Source: Candidatus Spongiisociaceae bacterium
GTDB taxonomy: Bacteria; Actinomycetota; Acidimicrobiia; Spongiisociales; Spongiisociaceae
Length of the DNA: 64,000 bases
Assembly: GCA_965262915.1 (NCBI GenBank)
Contig: OZ253564.1
Span: 4,480,001-4,544,000 of the forward strand
Direction: 5' to 3'
The notes under the pieces were generated by a model. That model had not been told where the DNA came from, ran no database searches, and saw only the letters and a program-made list of their open reading frames with translations. Positions 20,964 to 32,112 of the stretch are shown here, in pieces. Positions within the stretch are counted from its first letter, which is position 1; every line of letters begins with the position of its first letter. The position numbers and the translations under genes are program-made.

Positions 20964-21649
20964 CTGGTGCCTTGCGCCAGAGTCCAACCCTCCGGGAACT
21001 CACGGGACTCCCCGGTCAGCAGGAAGGCGACCTGCTCACCGATGTCGACCGCCCGGTCACCGACCCGCTCCAGCGCCCGGGAAACCAGCATCATGTGCAC
21101 CGCCCATTCGAGGAGGTCGGGGTTCGGGCCGCAGGCCGCGACCTCCTTCCACATATTGCGGTTGAGCCAATCGGCCGGGTCGTCCAACTCGGGCAACCGC
21201 AGGGCCAGGTTCAGATCCCGTTTGATCAACGCCTCCATAGCGGTCTGGAGCATGGGTACCACGATGGATCGCATCTCCCGGATGTGTAACAGGATGGTCT
21301 CGTTCCGCGGCAGCCCGGCGGTTATCTCGACGATGGCGGCGATGTTGCCCGCCTGGTCACCCATCCTCTCCAGACTGTGCCCGGCTTGGAGGACCAGCGA
21401 CATGAGACGAAGATCGGAGGCCACCGGCGTCTGGCGGGCCATGACCTCGTGCCAGCGCCGTTCCACATCGAAGTACAAGTGGTCGATCATCTGGTCGTCG
21501 ACCAGCACTTTGTGCGCGAGGTCGGCATCCCCTGTCAACAGAGCCTCGACCGCGTCGTTTATCTGACGCTCGGCCATCTCGGCCATGTCCAACAGCAGCA
21601 CCTCGAGCTGGTTGAGCTCGGCGTGGAACTGGCTGCGGACTTCGGTCAT
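20960..21649 (-). CDS. phoU: Phosphate signalling complex protein PhoU
   Basis: [23 protein letters not shown]. Confidence 0.93.
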   Translation of the reverse strand: MTEVRSQFHAELNQLEVLLLDMAEMAERQINDAVEALLTGDADLAHKVLVDDQMIDHLYFDVERRWHEVMARQTPVASDLRLMSLVLQAGHSLERMGDQAGNIAAIVEITAGLPRNETILLHIREMRSIVVPMLQTAMEALIKRDLNLALRLPELDDPADWLNRNMWKEVAACGPNPDLLEWAVHMMLVSRALERVGDRAVDIGEQVAFLLTGESREFPEGWTLAQGTR

Positions 21650-22497
21650 CCGAACCGACCCGTGATGTAGTCTTCGGTCTCGACCTTGGCAGGCCTGGTG
21701 AACAGAGTCCCCGTCGTGCCCGTTTCAACGACATAACCGGCCCGGTCACCGTCCATATTCAGGAACACCGTGTGATCGGAGGCTCGAGCGGCCTGTTGCA
21801 TGTTGTGGGTGACGATGATGATGGTGTAGTTGACCTTGAGTTCCTGGATCAACTCCTCGATCCGCAGCGTGGCTACCGGGTCGAGCGCCGAGGTCGGCTC
21901 GTCCATGAGGATGATCTCTGGCTTGACGGCGATCGCCCGGGCGATACAGAGCCGCTGCTGCTGGCCACCCGAGAGCGAGTTGCCGCTCTCGTCCAGCTTG
22001 TGCTTCACCTCGTCCCAGAGGGCTGCCTGGCGCAGGGATTGTTCGACCAGCGCATCCAAGTCGTCCTTCTTCCACCCGTTGATCCTGGCGCCCCAGGCAA
22101 CGTTCTGGTAGATACTCTTGGGAAACGGGTTGGGCTTCTGGAACACCATGCCCACCCGACGGCGCAACTCCACCGGGTCGACCGACTCGTCGTAGATGTT
22201 CTGGCCGTGGAACCGCACCTCCCCCTCGACGCGGGCGGACGGGACGAGGTCGTTCATACGATTGAGGGCTCTGAGCAGGGTGCTCTTGCCGCAACCCGAT
22301 GGGCCTATCAAGGCGGTGATCTGGCGGTCTCGGAACGCCAGGCTCACCTCCTTGATCGCTCGGAATTTGCCGTAGAACGCGCTCATGTTCTCGGTCTCCA
22401 TAGCGACACTGTCGGGCACATTGGGCGTCTTGGCTTGAGTCGGAACGGTCAAGTCGGTCATCACCCTTTCGGTCCATAGGACTTCGTCTATCGTCAT
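21646..22497 (-). CDS. pstB: Phosphate ABC transporter ATP-binding protein
   Basis: [40 protein letters not shown]. Confidence 0.96.
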   Translation of the reverse strand: MTIDEVLWTERVMTDLTVPTQAKTPNVPDSVAMETENMSAFYGKFRAIKEVSLAFRDRQITALIGPSGCGKSTLLRALNRMNDLVPSARVEGEVRFHGQNIYDESVDPVELRRRVGMVFQKPNPFPKSIYQNVAWGARINGWKKDDLDALVEQSLRQAALWDEVKHKLDESGNSLSGGQQQRLCIARAIAVKPEIILMDEPTSALDPVATLRIEELIQELKVNYTIIIVTHNMQQAARASDHTVFLNMDGDRAGYVVETGTTGTLFTRPAKVETEDYITGRFG

Positions 22498-23858
22498 CCT
22501 GCCCTCCGAGAATATCGGTTTCTGAGCATCACCGCTGCGGTGTTGAGCGTCAACAGTAAGACCAGCAACACCAGGATCGCGGCCGCGGCGATGTTCCGGA
22601 ATTCATCCTGGGGGCGGCTGGTCCACTGGAATATCTGGATCGGGAGGACCGTGAACTTCGAGAACGGTCCGGTCGGATCACTGGTGATGAACGTCGAGGC
22701 GCCCACTACCACCAGCGGCGCCGTCTCCCCGAGAGCCCTGGCCACCGCCAGGATCGTGCCCGTGAGGATCCCCGGTAGCGCGTTGGGGAGCACATGCGCC
22801 CGCACCGTCTGCCACTTCGTGGAACCCAGAGCCATGCCCGCCTGCCTCAACGAACCGGGAACCGCCCGGATGGCCTCCTGCGCATTGATGATGATCAGCG
22901 GCAGGATGAGCAGTCCGAGCGTCATACCGGCCGAGACTATGGTGCGGCCGCCGGCGGTCGCCTCCCCGCCGCCCCCCAGGAACGATCCGCTGGTGAACGT
23001 CTCTATCGTCCGGACGAAGATAGCCAGACCGAGCATTCCGTAGATGATGGACGGGACACCGGCCAGGTTGTTGATGTTGGTCTGGATGATGGCGTTGAGA
23101 CGATTCTCCCTGGCGTATTCCTCCAGGTAGATGGCTGCCCCTACCCCGATCGGGAAGGAGAACAGCAGGGTTATCAGGACCACCCAGAGCGAACCGAACA
23201 GCGCCGTCCGGATCCCCGCAATGGCCGGCTCCGGCGATTGCGGGCTCCGGACGAAGTTCCAGGACAACCAGGACCGGAAGATCAGTTCCGCCTCCGGATA
23301 GTCCGCGGCCGCCCTCGCCTCTATCTCGTCCCGGTCGAACGTGGAGTCCAGGAACGACCAGGTACCGACGATGGTGGGCTCCACCACCCGCTCCACCACC
23401 AGCGCCTCCACGTCGTCGTGGCTCCGGGCCGGTAACCAGCACGCAGACGGGGGATCGTCCGACATGCAGAGATCGTTGAGCAGGTACTTGTCCTCGAAAA
23501 CGAGGCGGTCGTCGAAGAACCGCTGGTCGCGTTCGAACCGGCGCCCGAGGTTGGTGGAGATCTCCTGCCCCAGCAGCAGAACCAGTTCCTGCTTGGTCAG
23601 ATCCCCGAGTTCGGTGTCCTTGGGGTACCCCAGACTCGCCACCAACTCCGACGGTGACCTGACGTCCTCGACGGCCACCAGCCCGAACGAGGAGTTGAGA
23701 ATGGTGATGATGAGCGTCACCAAGGCCGCAACCGCCACCATCAGGGCAGCCAGTAGGCCGAACTTGACGATGACGCCCCGACGGCGCCTCCGCCTCATCT
23801 GAGGGGAGGTCACCAACAGATCCGTCGTCCTTACCTCGGCTTCTCGAGAGGCGGCCAC
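22494..23858 (-). CDS. pstA: Phosphate ABC transporter permease
   Basis: [22 protein letters not shown]; carries an extra extracytoplasmic insertion. Confidence 0.93.
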   Translation of the reverse strand: MAASREAEVRTTDLLVTSPQMRRRRRRGVIVKFGLLAALMVAVAALVTLIITILNSSFGLVAVEDVRSPSELVASLGYPKDTELGDLTKQELVLLLGQEISTNLGRRFERDQRFFDDRLVFEDKYLLNDLCMSDDPPSACWLPARSHDDVEALVVERVVEPTIVGTWSFLDSTFDRDEIEARAAADYPEAELIFRSWLSWNFVRSPQSPEPAIAGIRTALFGSLWVVLITLLFSFPIGVGAAIYLEEYARENRLNAIIQTNINNLAGVPSIIYGMLGLAIFVRTIETFTSGSFLGGGGEATAGGRTIVSAGMTLGLLILPLIIINAQEAIRAVPGSLRQAGMALGSTKWQTVRAHVLPNALPGILTGTILAVARALGETAPLVVVGASTFITSDPTGPFSKFTVLPIQIFQWTSRPQDEFRNIAAAAILVLLVLLLTLNTAAVMLRNRYSRRAG

Positions 23859-24847
23859 TATTCGTACACCTCACGGAACCGGGCCACGAACCGGCGGCTG
23901 AGGATATTGAGCGTCAGGGTGATGACGAACAGCGCCAGACCGATGGCGAAGATGGAGTTGTAGTCGATCGAGTCGTAGCTGAGGTCCCCCCCACTGATCC
24001 GCACGATATGTCCGGTCATGGTCTCCCCCGCCACGAAGGGGTTCAGGATGTAACCGAAGAAGCTGTCCTCCCCGAACGTGAAGTTCTTGGGTCCCGCACC
24101 GGCGGCGATCGCCACCACCATGGTCTCCCCGATCGCCCTGGAGATCGACACCACGAACGCGGCCGTGATCCCCGACAGCGCGGCGGGCAGGACTATGCGG
24201 AGCGAGGTCTCAAGCTTGGTGGCCCCCACTCCGTAGGAGGCCTCCCGCAGCGATAGGGGTACGGCGTGCAGGGCATCCTCGGACATGGAACTGACCAGCG
24301 GGATGATCAGGATGCCAACCACGATTCCTGCGGAGGCGGTGTTGAATATCTCCACCACGCTCACTCCGAGAATCGACCGGAGCAGCGGAGTCATGAACGT
24401 CAGGGCGAAATAGCCGTAGACAACCGTCGGGATTCCGGCCAGCACCTCGAGGACCGGCTTCATGAACCCCCGAACACGCGGCGAGGCGTACTCGCTGAGG
24501 AAGATTGCCGTGGCCAGACCGATGGGCAGAGCGACGATCATGGCCGTGATGGATGTCGTCAACGTCGCCAGGACCAGGGGCCATATGCCGAAGTCGAGAA
24601 TGGCCGGCTGCCACTGTGTCGAGGAGAGGAACTCGGCTATCGACGCTTCCTGGGACCGGAAGAAGAGCAATGCCTCCTTACCCAACTCGAAAACGATGCC
24701 CACCGTGGTGAGAATCGATAGGGCGGCCGCCAGAAAGAGCAAGCCTCGGATCACCGCCTCGCCCGGGCGCCGCTTCTTGCGAAGCGACACCGATGCCAGC
24801 GGGGGATCGCTGGTCACATGCGTTGCGATTCTCTCATCTCCTCCCAT
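23858..24847 (-). CDS. pstC: Phosphate ABC transporter permease
   Basis: LAGIPTVVYG, SRAIGETM, LFVIT. Confidence 0.94.
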   Translation of the reverse strand: MGGDERIATHVTSDPPLASVSLRKKRRPGEAVIRGLLFLAAALSILTTVGIVFELGKEALLFFRSQEASIAEFLSSTQWQPAILDFGIWPLVLATLTTSITAMIVALPIGLATAIFLSEYASPRVRGFMKPVLEVLAGIPTVVYGYFALTFMTPLLRSILGVSVVEIFNTASAGIVVGILIIPLVSSMSEDALHAVPLSLREASYGVGATKLETSLRIVLPAALSGITAAFVVSISRAIGETMVVAIAAGAGPKNFTFGEDSFFGYILNPFVAGETMTGHIVRISGGDLSYDSIDYNSIFAIGLALFVITLTLNILSRRFVARFREVYE

Positions 24848-24856
24848 CTGTGAACC

Positions 24857-25951
24857 TCAACCTCCGAGAGCTGAGCTCAGTTCGTGGGCCACCGCTCGGA
24901 GGACGGCGTCGGGAGCGGGGAAGTAGCCCACCTCGCTGATCTCCTCGTTCACGAACTGCAACACGAAGCTCAGGAACTGGCCGACCTGGGGCTTCTCAGC
25001 AATGATCGAAGCCGTCGAGTACATGAACAACGGACGGGCCAACGGATACGTGTTGGCATTCACCGAATCGGCGGTCGGCTCCACACCCTCGATGTTCATC
25101 ACGCTCAACCGGTCACTGTTCTCCGCGAAATACCCATACCCGAAGAAACCCACCGCACACGTCGTCGAGGTATTCGAAGGATCACACCCATCACCGGAAA
25201 TCCCCTGCACCAGCACGTTGTCGTCCTCCGACAACTGGGTATTACCCGCCGCCAGGATCGGAACCTCCTCCTCGTCGAACACCTCCTCCACGAAATAGTC
25301 GAACGTGCCCGAGTCCGTACCCGGAATGAACCGCTGGATCGGGTTGGCCGGGAACTCCGCCCGAACATCGGCCCAAGTCGTCGCCGTCGAGAACAGCACC
25401 CCCAACTCCTCGATCGTCAGATCAGCAGCGAACGTGTTCCCCGGCGACACCGTCACCGCCAGAGCATCGGTACCCACCCGGAACTCGATCGGCACCCGAC
25501 CGATCGACCGGCAGGACTCCACCTCTGCGTCCTTGATCGGACGCGACGCATTCGAGATATCGGACTCGCCGGCCACACAGAACCGCTCGAAGCCGGCACC
25601 CGAACCGATCGAGTCGATCGTGATCAAACCCGAATAGCCCTCATCCTCGAACCGGGCCGCCATCGCCTCCGCCAACGGGAACACCGTCGACGAACCAGCC
25701 ACCGCAATATCACCCGACACCGCCAACGGATCCACCGGATCCAACCCGAGAGCGCCGGAACCCGAGGTACCCGGCCCCGCGGCCTCGGTGGTTTCGGTGG
25801 CAGCACCCGACGACTCCTCTGCCAGCGCTTGAGTCGGCGCGGTGGTTGCAATAGTGGTCACCTCGCTCGCTCCGTCACCTCCGCACGCGGCGGTCACGAG
25901 TGCCAGGGCTGCGAGGAGGATGAGGGCGCGGCACATCCTGCCGTATGTCAT
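24857..25951 (-). CDS. pstS: Phosphate ABC transporter substrate-binding lipoprotein
   Basis: Lipobox TAAC, AGSSTVFP, GSGAG, DSGTFDYF, YPLARPLF; GAGGAG RBS. Confidence 0.93.
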   Translation of the reverse strand: MTYGRMCRALILLAALALVTAACGGDGASEVTTIATTAPTQALAEESSGAATETTEAAGPGTSGSGALGLDPVDPLAVSGDIAVAGSSTVFPLAEAMAARFEDEGYSGLITIDSIGSGAGFERFCVAGESDISNASRPIKDAEVESCRSIGRVPIEFRVGTDALAVTVSPGNTFAADLTIEELGVLFSTATTWADVRAEFPANPIQRFIPGTDSGTFDYFVEEVFDEEEVPILAAGNTQLSEDDNVLVQGISGDGCDPSNTSTTCAVGFFGYGYFAENSDRLSVMNIEGVEPTADSVNANTYPLARPLFMYSTASIIAEKPQVGQFLSFVLQFVNEEISEVGYFPAPDAVLRAVAHELSSALGG

Positions 25952-26015
25952 GAACCATCTCCTCGTTCGAATCTCGCCCGGCACGCTATGCGGCCCGTGT
26001 TACAGACCATCCCCC

Positions 26016-26037
26016 GCCAGGTGAACGAGAGGTAAAA
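26016..26037 (-). promoter_or_regulatory. Candidate PHO-box-like 11-nt direct repeat upstream of pstS
   Basis: Minus strand TTTTACCTCTC GTTCACCTGGC resembles actinobacterial GTTCACC repeat units. Confidence 0.4.
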
Positions 26038-26114
26038 CTTGGGAAGCAAGACGAGTGAGTCCGGGTTGGGCGTCTTGACGACAACTCTTGGGGCCCGCCT
26101 ACCGGCGGCCGTGA

Positions 26115-28265
26115 TCAGAGGTCGGGCAGGTTGACGACGTGGGTGAGCACTGCCTGGTCGGGCCCTACGGACCGGACGGTGTAGGGTGCCATCAGCCGTA
26201 CCTGTTCGAACAGGCAGATCTGCTCGGTTTCGGCCTCGCAGTAGACAACGGAGATGTCCCCGGTCAGGACGCCCTCTCCCTGGGTCAGATGCACCTCGAA
26301 GCTACGCGGGAAGCTGGGGTCGATCACCGAACCCGACGCGTCGGGCGCCACCGTCATGCCTTCGCCCTCCACCATCCACACGAAGCGGCTGGGCGCATCC
26401 GGGTTGACCTTGTACCCATCGGGAAGCACCACCTCCAGGCTGATGGCGCCCTGGCCCTCACCGAGCATCAGCGGCTCGTGCTCCACCACGGTCCCCGCGT
26501 AACCGTCACTGTCCGGACCCGGCATGAACGCCTCAATGCCGGCCGGTACCAGCGTGGCCACCTCCCCCGAGTCGAGATCGATGACCCGTATCGAATGGTT
26601 GTTGGTATCCGCCACGTACAGCATCGACCCCGCCACGTCGATCCCGCCCGGTTCGTAGAACAGCGGCGCCTCCCCGTCCCGCCACCCGGGCGTGTCACCC
26701 CACCGAGTCGACACCACCCCGGTCTCGAGATCGACCACCTTGATCTTCGAGTTGTACGTGTCGGCCACATAGAGGGTCCCGCCCACCGCCACCACCCCGA
26801 GCGGGTGCTGCAGGCGAGCCTCGGTACCGACCCCGTCCACGTCGCCGAACGAGAACAGATCAGCGTCGCTACCCGCGATGATCCCCACCGTCCGCTCAGG
26901 CGACCCGGTATCGACCCACCGGACGGCGCTGCTCTCCGAATCGGCGAAGAACAGGCGCCCGTCGGAGGCCAAGGTCAGACCGCTCGGCTGGGCGAGGGTC
27001 GCCTCGGCTCCCGCACCGTTGACGGTCCCCTCCCCTCCACTACCGGCATACGGCCCAACCCGTCCCGCATCCACATCCAAAGACCAGATCTGATGCGTGC
27101 CGGCCATGGCGATGTACAGGAGACCGGTCTGCGGATCCAGTTCCAGATCCCACGGCGAGGCCAACGGATTGGACAGGGCCGGTCCCGAGCGGGGCGGCCA
27201 GGTTCGTTTCCCGGTGCCGGCCACCGTGGTGACATCGCCGGTCGAGAGGTCCACCGCCCGCACGGCGTGGTTGCCCGTATCCGCCACGTAAAGCAGCCGA
27301 CCGTCCGCCGAGAGGGCGGTGCCTTGGGGATCGCGGAAGGTGGCCTCTGGGGAGGCACCGTCGTCGAACCCCTCCTCCCCGGCGCCGTAGATCGCCTGGA
27401 CCCGGCCGTCGAAGTCGGTCTGGACGATGCGGTGGTGGTTGGTATCGGATATGAACAGCCTTCCGGCAGGATCGGCCGTCACCTTCCCGGGGAAGGAGAA
27501 CACCGTCTCCGGAAGTCCCTGACGTTCGAGCCGCAGGCCCAGCGGGGTACGGTCCAGAGTGCCGGCGAACTCCTCGATCAGAGCTTCGATCACCGGCTTC
27601 ACCACGTCGTAGACACCTTCACCGCTGTGATACCCCACAACGCCACCGGCGGGATCGATCAGGTAGGTGGTGGGCCAGGCGCGAACCTGGAAGGAACGCC
27701 AGATCTCGAAACCGGCGTCGTTGACCACCGGGTGTGCCACGCCGTAGCGCAACACCACCCGGCGAATGTTCTCGGTAGCCGACTCCTGGTCGAACTTGGC
27801 GGAGTGAACGCCGATGACCACCAGTTCGTCGGCGAACTCCTCCTCCAGGCGCTCGAGGTCGGGTATCACGTGGATGCAGTTGATGCAGCCGTAGGTCCAG
27901 AAGTCGAGCAGCACGATCTTGCCCCGGAGCCCTTCGAGCGAGAGGGGATACTCCGTGTTCAGCCAGTCGAGCCCGGGCGGGAACTCGGGGGCCGGGGAGC
28001 GGAAGCTCACGGGCACCGGCGCGGCGTCGCCGGAGCCGGGCTCCGCCTGGCCGCCGTAATCGTCGGGAGGATCCTCGGTGGACGGGGAGGCCGGTTCGGC
28101 GGGAGGATCCTCGGTTTCGGCAACCGTGCTCCCGGGAGACGTGACCACCGGATCGACATCATCGGGGGTGTCGGTGTCCGATGGCCCGCAGGCGGCGCCC
28201 GCAAGCCCCACCAGCACCAGGAGCACACCGACCCTCATTCGCACCGAACCACTCATCCGGGGCAT
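26115..28265 (-). CDS. Thioredoxin-like + NHL-repeat lipoprotein (NHLRC2-like); start may be further in
   Basis: Lipobox GAAC, LDFWTYGCINC, HSAKF, repeated YVADT.NH NHL blades. Confidence 0.88.
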   Translation of the reverse strand: MPRMSGSVRMRVGVLLVLVGLAGAACGPSDTDTPDDVDPVVTSPGSTVAETEDPPAEPASPSTEDPPDDYGGQAEPGSGDAAPVPVSFRSPAPEFPPGLDWLNTEYPLSLEGLRGKIVLLDFWTYGCINCIHVIPDLERLEEEFADELVVIGVHSAKFDQESATENIRRVVLRYGVAHPVVNDAGFEIWRSFQVRAWPTTYLIDPAGGVVGYHSGEGVYDVVKPVIEALIEEFAGTLDRTPLGLRLERQGLPETVFSFPGKVTADPAGRLFISDTNHHRIVQTDFDGRVQAIYGAGEEGFDDGASPEATFRDPQGTALSADGRLLYVADTGNHAVRAVDLSTGDVTTVAGTGKRTWPPRSGPALSNPLASPWDLELDPQTGLLYIAMAGTHQIWSLDVDAGRVGPYAGSGGEGTVNGAGAEATLAQPSGLTLASDGRLFFADSESSAVRWVDTGSPERTVGIIAGSDADLFSFGDVDGVGTEARLQHPLGVVAVGGTLYVADTYNSKIKVVDLETGVVSTRWGDTPGWRDGEAPLFYEPGGIDVAGSMLYVADTNNHSIRVIDLDSGEVATLVPAGIEAFMPGPDSDGYAGTVVEHEPLMLGEGQGAISLEVVLPDGYKVNPDAPSRFVWMVEGEGMTVAPDASGSVIDPSFPRSFEVHLTQGEGVLTGDISVVYCEAETEQICLFEQVRLMAPYTVRSVGPDQAVLTHVVNLPDL

Positions 28266-28332
28266 TGTGCCACGTAGGGCTGTCGATGGATCGGGGAAGG
28301 CTCAATCACCGGTGGGGCGACGGGCTCTACCG

Positions 28333-28439
28333 GTAGGGGAGTGCTCAAGAAACGGGTCAAACGGTTGGCCCACCGTACGCTGACCTGGCATTTTGTCAAC
28401 GACCGTCGGGTCAACGGAGGGTTTTGACCACCCTCCTAG
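28333..28439. mobile_element. Family A miniature inverted-repeat element
   Basis: gggagtgctcaagaa ... ttttgaccaccctc, flanked by GTAG/CTAG; conserved core cgctgacctggcattttgtcaacgaccgtcgg. Confidence 0.85.
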
Positions 28440-28445
28440 ACCCTC

Positions 28446-29093
28446 TCAGCCCTTCTTCGAGGGGGCGTAATAGGGATTGTCACCCCCTTGATGATCGGTG
28501 ACGTCCACGATCTCGACTATCTCGGGGATGCTGTCCCGCAGGATCCGCTCGATCCCCTGCCGCAGCGTCACGGCCGCCATCCCGCAACCCTGGCAGCCAC
28601 CGCCCAATTGCAGGTAGACCACCCCGTTCTCCTCGCTCACCAGACTGGCATGACCCCCGTGGGCTGCGATAGCGGGGTTCACCTGATGATCGAGCACCTG
28701 GGCGATCCGTTCGGCCATCGGACCGGTCAGATTGCCGGCCGGCGCGTCGGGGATCCGGGGGGACGGGTTGTTCGGGTTGTCGATAGCCAACCCCGGCGCC
28801 ATCGGGTCGGAGGACATCGCGAGCCGGGCGCCCGCCATGTTTGACGTGTCGACCGAGGGGATGATGACTGTGAGGTTCCCGTGACGCTCCATGTGATCGG
28901 TGGCGCCTGCTTCCCCGAGCGGGACGAAGGACAGCGAGTAGCCGAACTGATCGCCTTGCAGTCCCGTGATCTCGATGAGCAGACCGTACTCGTCATCACC
29001 GGGCTCCTGATCACGGATCTCGATGATGCGATCGAGGGCCTCCCCGCTGAAGCTCATGGTCGTTTCAGTGCTCATGGTCGTTTCAGTGCTCAT
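28446..29093 (-). CDS. nfuA: NfuA-like Fe-S carrier (degenerate A-type domain + NifU C-terminal domain)
   Basis: VNPAIAAHGG, GGGCQGC, DVTDH..G.NPYY; 18-bp tandem duplication at the start. Confidence 0.85.
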   Translation of the reverse strand: MSTETTMSTETTMSFSGEALDRIIEIRDQEPGDDEYGLLIEITGLQGDQFGYSLSFVPLGEAGATDHMERHGNLTVIIPSVDTSNMAGARLAMSSDPMAPGLAIDNPNNPSPRIPDAPAGNLTGPMAERIAQVLDHQVNPAIAAHGGHASLVSEENGVVYLQLGGGCQGCGMAAVTLRQGIERILRDSIPEIVEIVDVTDHQGGDNPYYAPSKKG

Positions 29094-29154
29094 AGTTCAA
29101 GGAATCGTAGTCGGCCGGATCACCAAATAGGAACCGTTCGACCATGATTGGGGC

Positions 29155-30369
29155 ATGGAAAGCCGACCGCTCGTCAACCTGATCGTCCCGTCGGGGGCCT
29201 TCCGGATCGATGACTGGATGCAGGCCGCCACGAGGCTAGGTGTGCGGATCGCGGTGGCTACCGAGGCTCACCACTCGCTGGCCGAGGACATGGGAGCAGA
29301 GCTGATCCCGATCGACTTCGACGATCCGGAGGACGCTGCCGTGCGCATCGCCGCCTCGAACCTGCCGATCGAGGCGATCATCCCGATCGACGACCACGGC
29401 GTGACGGTGGCCGCCCGGGCTGCCGCGCTGCGGGGGCTGGCCCACAACGCGGTGGAGACGGCCGAGGCCACCCGGGACAAGGGAGAGTTGAGACGGCGCC
29501 TGGCCGGCGTCGTCCCTCAACCATCGTTCGTCGTCCTGGCGGCCGGGCAACCGGGAAGCTCGGCCCGCTCCGTAGGAATGCCCGCGGTGGTCAAACCGGT
29601 CGGCCTGGCAGGATCGGTAGGGGTGGTACGAATCGACGAACGGGAGCGGCTGGATACGACCGTCGAGCGGGTCAGGAGGATCGCGGAGGCGCGCGGGGCC
29701 GCCTACGAAGATCCGGTGCTCGTGGAGCGCTACATCCCCGGCGACGAGGTGGCCGTCGAGGCCATGGTGACCGACGGGCACTGGGAGACGTTGGCCGTGT
29801 TCGACAAACCCGACCCGCTGGAAGGTCCCTACTTCCCCGAGACTCATTACATCACTCCCTCCCGCCACACGCCGGACGTGATGGACGAGATCGAAGCGAT
29901 CGGGCGGCGGGCGGTCGCCGCGCTCGGGATCCTACGAGGCCCGGTACACGCTGAACTGCGGGTCGGCGACCGGATCATGTTGCTGGAACTCGCCTCACGC
30001 CCCATCGGGGGATTGTGCGGCCGCTCCCTGCGGTTCGGCCTCTCGGACACTCCGCTGGAGGAGCTGCTCATCCGCAACGCCCTCGGAATACGGGTCCGGG
30101 GTACGCGCCTGGCGCCCGGCGCCTCTGGAGTGTCGATGATCCCAGTACCGGCCCGGGGAGTGTTCACCGGGATCGACGGCGTGAGCGCCGCTCTGGAAGT
30201 CGATCACGTAACCGGCATAGAGGTGAGCCGGATAGCCGGCCACGAAGTGGCTCCCCTCCCGGAGGAGTCGACCTACCTGGGATTCGTGTTCGCCAGAGCC
30301 CCGAAACCCCAGCAGGTGGAGACCGCCTTGCGGCAGGCCTGCGGCCGGTTGGAGGTGAGAATCGACTGA
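29155..30369 (+). CDS. ATP-grasp domain protein
   Basis: RDK, VVKP..GS.GV, LVERYIPG.EVAVE, HAE, LELASRPIGG. Confidence 0.85.
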   Translation: MESRPLVNLIVPSGAFRIDDWMQAATRLGVRIAVATEAHHSLAEDMGAELIPIDFDDPEDAAVRIAASNLPIEAIIPIDDHGVTVAARAAALRGLAHNAVETAEATRDKGELRRRLAGVVPQPSFVVLAAGQPGSSARSVGMPAVVKPVGLAGSVGVVRIDERERLDTTVERVRRIAEARGAAYEDPVLVERYIPGDEVAVEAMVTDGHWETLAVFDKPDPLEGPYFPETHYITPSRHTPDVMDEIEAIGRRAVAALGILRGPVHAELRVGDRIMLLELASRPIGGLCGRSLRFGLSDTPLEELLIRNALGIRVRGTRLAPGASGVSMIPVPARGVFTGIDGVSAALEVDHVTGIEVSRIAGHEVAPLPEESTYLGFVFARAPKPQQVETALRQACGRLEVRID

Positions 30370-30410
30370 AAGGGTGGGCCGGCCGGCAGATCAGCATGGT
30401 GCGCGGCGTC

Positions 30411-30514
30411 CCAGGAGGGTGACGCAAGACCCCTTTGTGGTCCGTCGACCGATGACCAATGCCACGTCAGCAGACGACAGGCCAACCACTCAACCGTCTT
30501 GGGCACCCTCATAC
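30411..30514. mobile_element. Family A miniature inverted-repeat element (same orientation as the adnB copy)
   Basis: gagggtgacgcaaga ... tcttgggcaccctc; core gatgaccaatgccacgtcagc is the reverse complement of the core in most other copies. Confidence 0.78.
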
Positions 30515-30583
30515 CGAACCGCTCGGCGCTCGAAAGGTCGGTGCATGTCGGCGTGAATCGGAGTAGCGCGTTACAGTCCGAGC

Positions 30584-31978
30584 ATGAAGCTCCGCGCGGT
30601 CGGTACCCGCCTCATCGGATCCGCAACCGTCGTGTTGCCCGCCGTCGCCGTACTTCTCACCGCCTCGTGCTCATCACCCGACGAAATCGTCTTCGACGGC
30701 GCCGCACCCGAGGAGACGGTCATCTCCGTCACGGCAGCGCCCACCACGACGGGTCCTGCCGCCGTCTCAACCCCGCCCGAGACCACCCCGGCGGCCATGC
30801 CGGGAACCACCACGGCGGCGGCCCCGACGGCGACAACCAGCCCGCCCACGCTGGCGCTTACGGATCGGGGCACCGTCGAACTCCCGGGACAGGTCGTGGT
30901 CAACGACATTCGCACCGGATCGGTTACGATCCTCGGTCCCCGAGCCGAACAGTTCGAGCCGTTCGCGGCTCCCGGTGAGGAGTTGCACCAACCCACGTGG
31001 TCGCCGGACGGAGCCCTCGTGGCTTGGTCACGCGCCACCAACGACGGGTTCTCGGTGGTCGTCACCTCGAACGCAGGAGGCGACGCTACCCCCTACGAGA
31101 CGCCGTTCGGGGTCTTCTACATGCAGTGGCGGCCCGACGGTAGAGCAATCGGGCTTCTGGGAGCATCCGAACCGGGCCGGGTAGGCCTGGCGATCCTCGA
31201 TCTCGACAGTGAAACGGTCACCCCGCTCAACTCGTCCTCGTCCTACTACTTCCACTGGTCGCCGCAGGGAGACGAGATGATCACCCACCTCGATGGCACT
31301 CGCGTCGAGCAACTGGACCCGTCCACCGGCGCCACCTCCCTGCTCGAGAGCCTCAACCCTGTGAATTCCGTCTTCCAGGCGGCCGCATGGACACCCGACG
31401 GCGGATCCGTCTTGTATATCCGGCCCGCCGCCCCGGCCTCGGTGGGAACCGAAGACGAGTTGGTGATCCACGATCTCGGCACGGGGGAGATCGGCGTAGT
31501 CGGCGAGGGCGCCGGGTTCTTCAACTTCGCGATGTCACCCGACGGGGAGGCGATCGCGTACTCGATCCGCGATCCGGAAGGTATGACATCCATGCAGATA
31601 GTCGACCTGGCAACCGGTCGCACCGAGGAGGTCGACGCGCCCTTCACCCTGGCCTGGCAGTGGAGCCCCGACAGCCGCAAGATCCTGTTGCTGGGCGTCG
31701 GCGATCGTGCCATAACCGTGAGCGTGTACGAATCGGGGACCATCACCCGGTACCAGGACATCATCCCCACCGCCACCTTCGTGCAGAACTATCTCTTGTT
31801 CTGGAGCCAGTACGACCTGAGCCACAGCCTCTGGGCGCCGGATAGTTCCGCCTTCCTGTTCCCGGCGTTCGACCGCAACGCCGACCTCGTGTTTCTCCAA
31901 TTCCTCGACGACGAGCTACCCATACTGCTCGGCCCCGGATCCATGGCGGTATTCTCACCCGCAACCCCCAACCCGTAA
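30584..31978 (+). CDS. TolB-like beta-propeller lipoprotein
   Basis: Lipobox TASC, T/P-rich linker, repeated W(S/T/R)PDG motifs. Confidence 0.8.
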   Translation: MKLRAVGTRLIGSATVVLPAVAVLLTASCSSPDEIVFDGAAPEETVISVTAAPTTTGPAAVSTPPETTPAAMPGTTTAAAPTATTSPPTLALTDRGTVELPGQVVVNDIRTGSVTILGPRAEQFEPFAAPGEELHQPTWSPDGALVAWSRATNDGFSVVVTSNAGGDATPYETPFGVFYMQWRPDGRAIGLLGASEPGRVGLAILDLDSETVTPLNSSSSYYFHWSPQGDEMITHLDGTRVEQLDPSTGATSLLESLNPVNSVFQAAAWTPDGGSVLYIRPAAPASVGTEDELVIHDLGTGEIGVVGEGAGFFNFAMSPDGEAIAYSIRDPEGMTSMQIVDLATGRTEEVDAPFTLAWQWSPDSRKILLLGVGDRAITVSVYESGTITRYQDIIPTATFVQNYLLFWSQYDLSHSLWAPDSSAFLFPAFDRNADLVFLQFLDDELPILLGPGSMAVFSPATPNP

Positions 31979-32112
31979 CCGGTCCCGATGGCGACCCGAT
32001 CATGGAACCGGGCGGCGACCGGCAGAGGGACGAGCCGGGATGCCGAGCGCCGGGTAGTGCTGCGGGGAGTCGGGATCGGGTACTCGGACAGCGAGGCCCT
32101 CGGATGGACGGG

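Noticed and set aside
26139-28277. Long antisense ORFs (also 3260-4789, 6487-8118, 15719-17290, 17419-18918, 47575-48891)
   Set aside because: They are shadow frames opposite well-supported genes, expected in high-GC DNA, and show no recognisable motifs.
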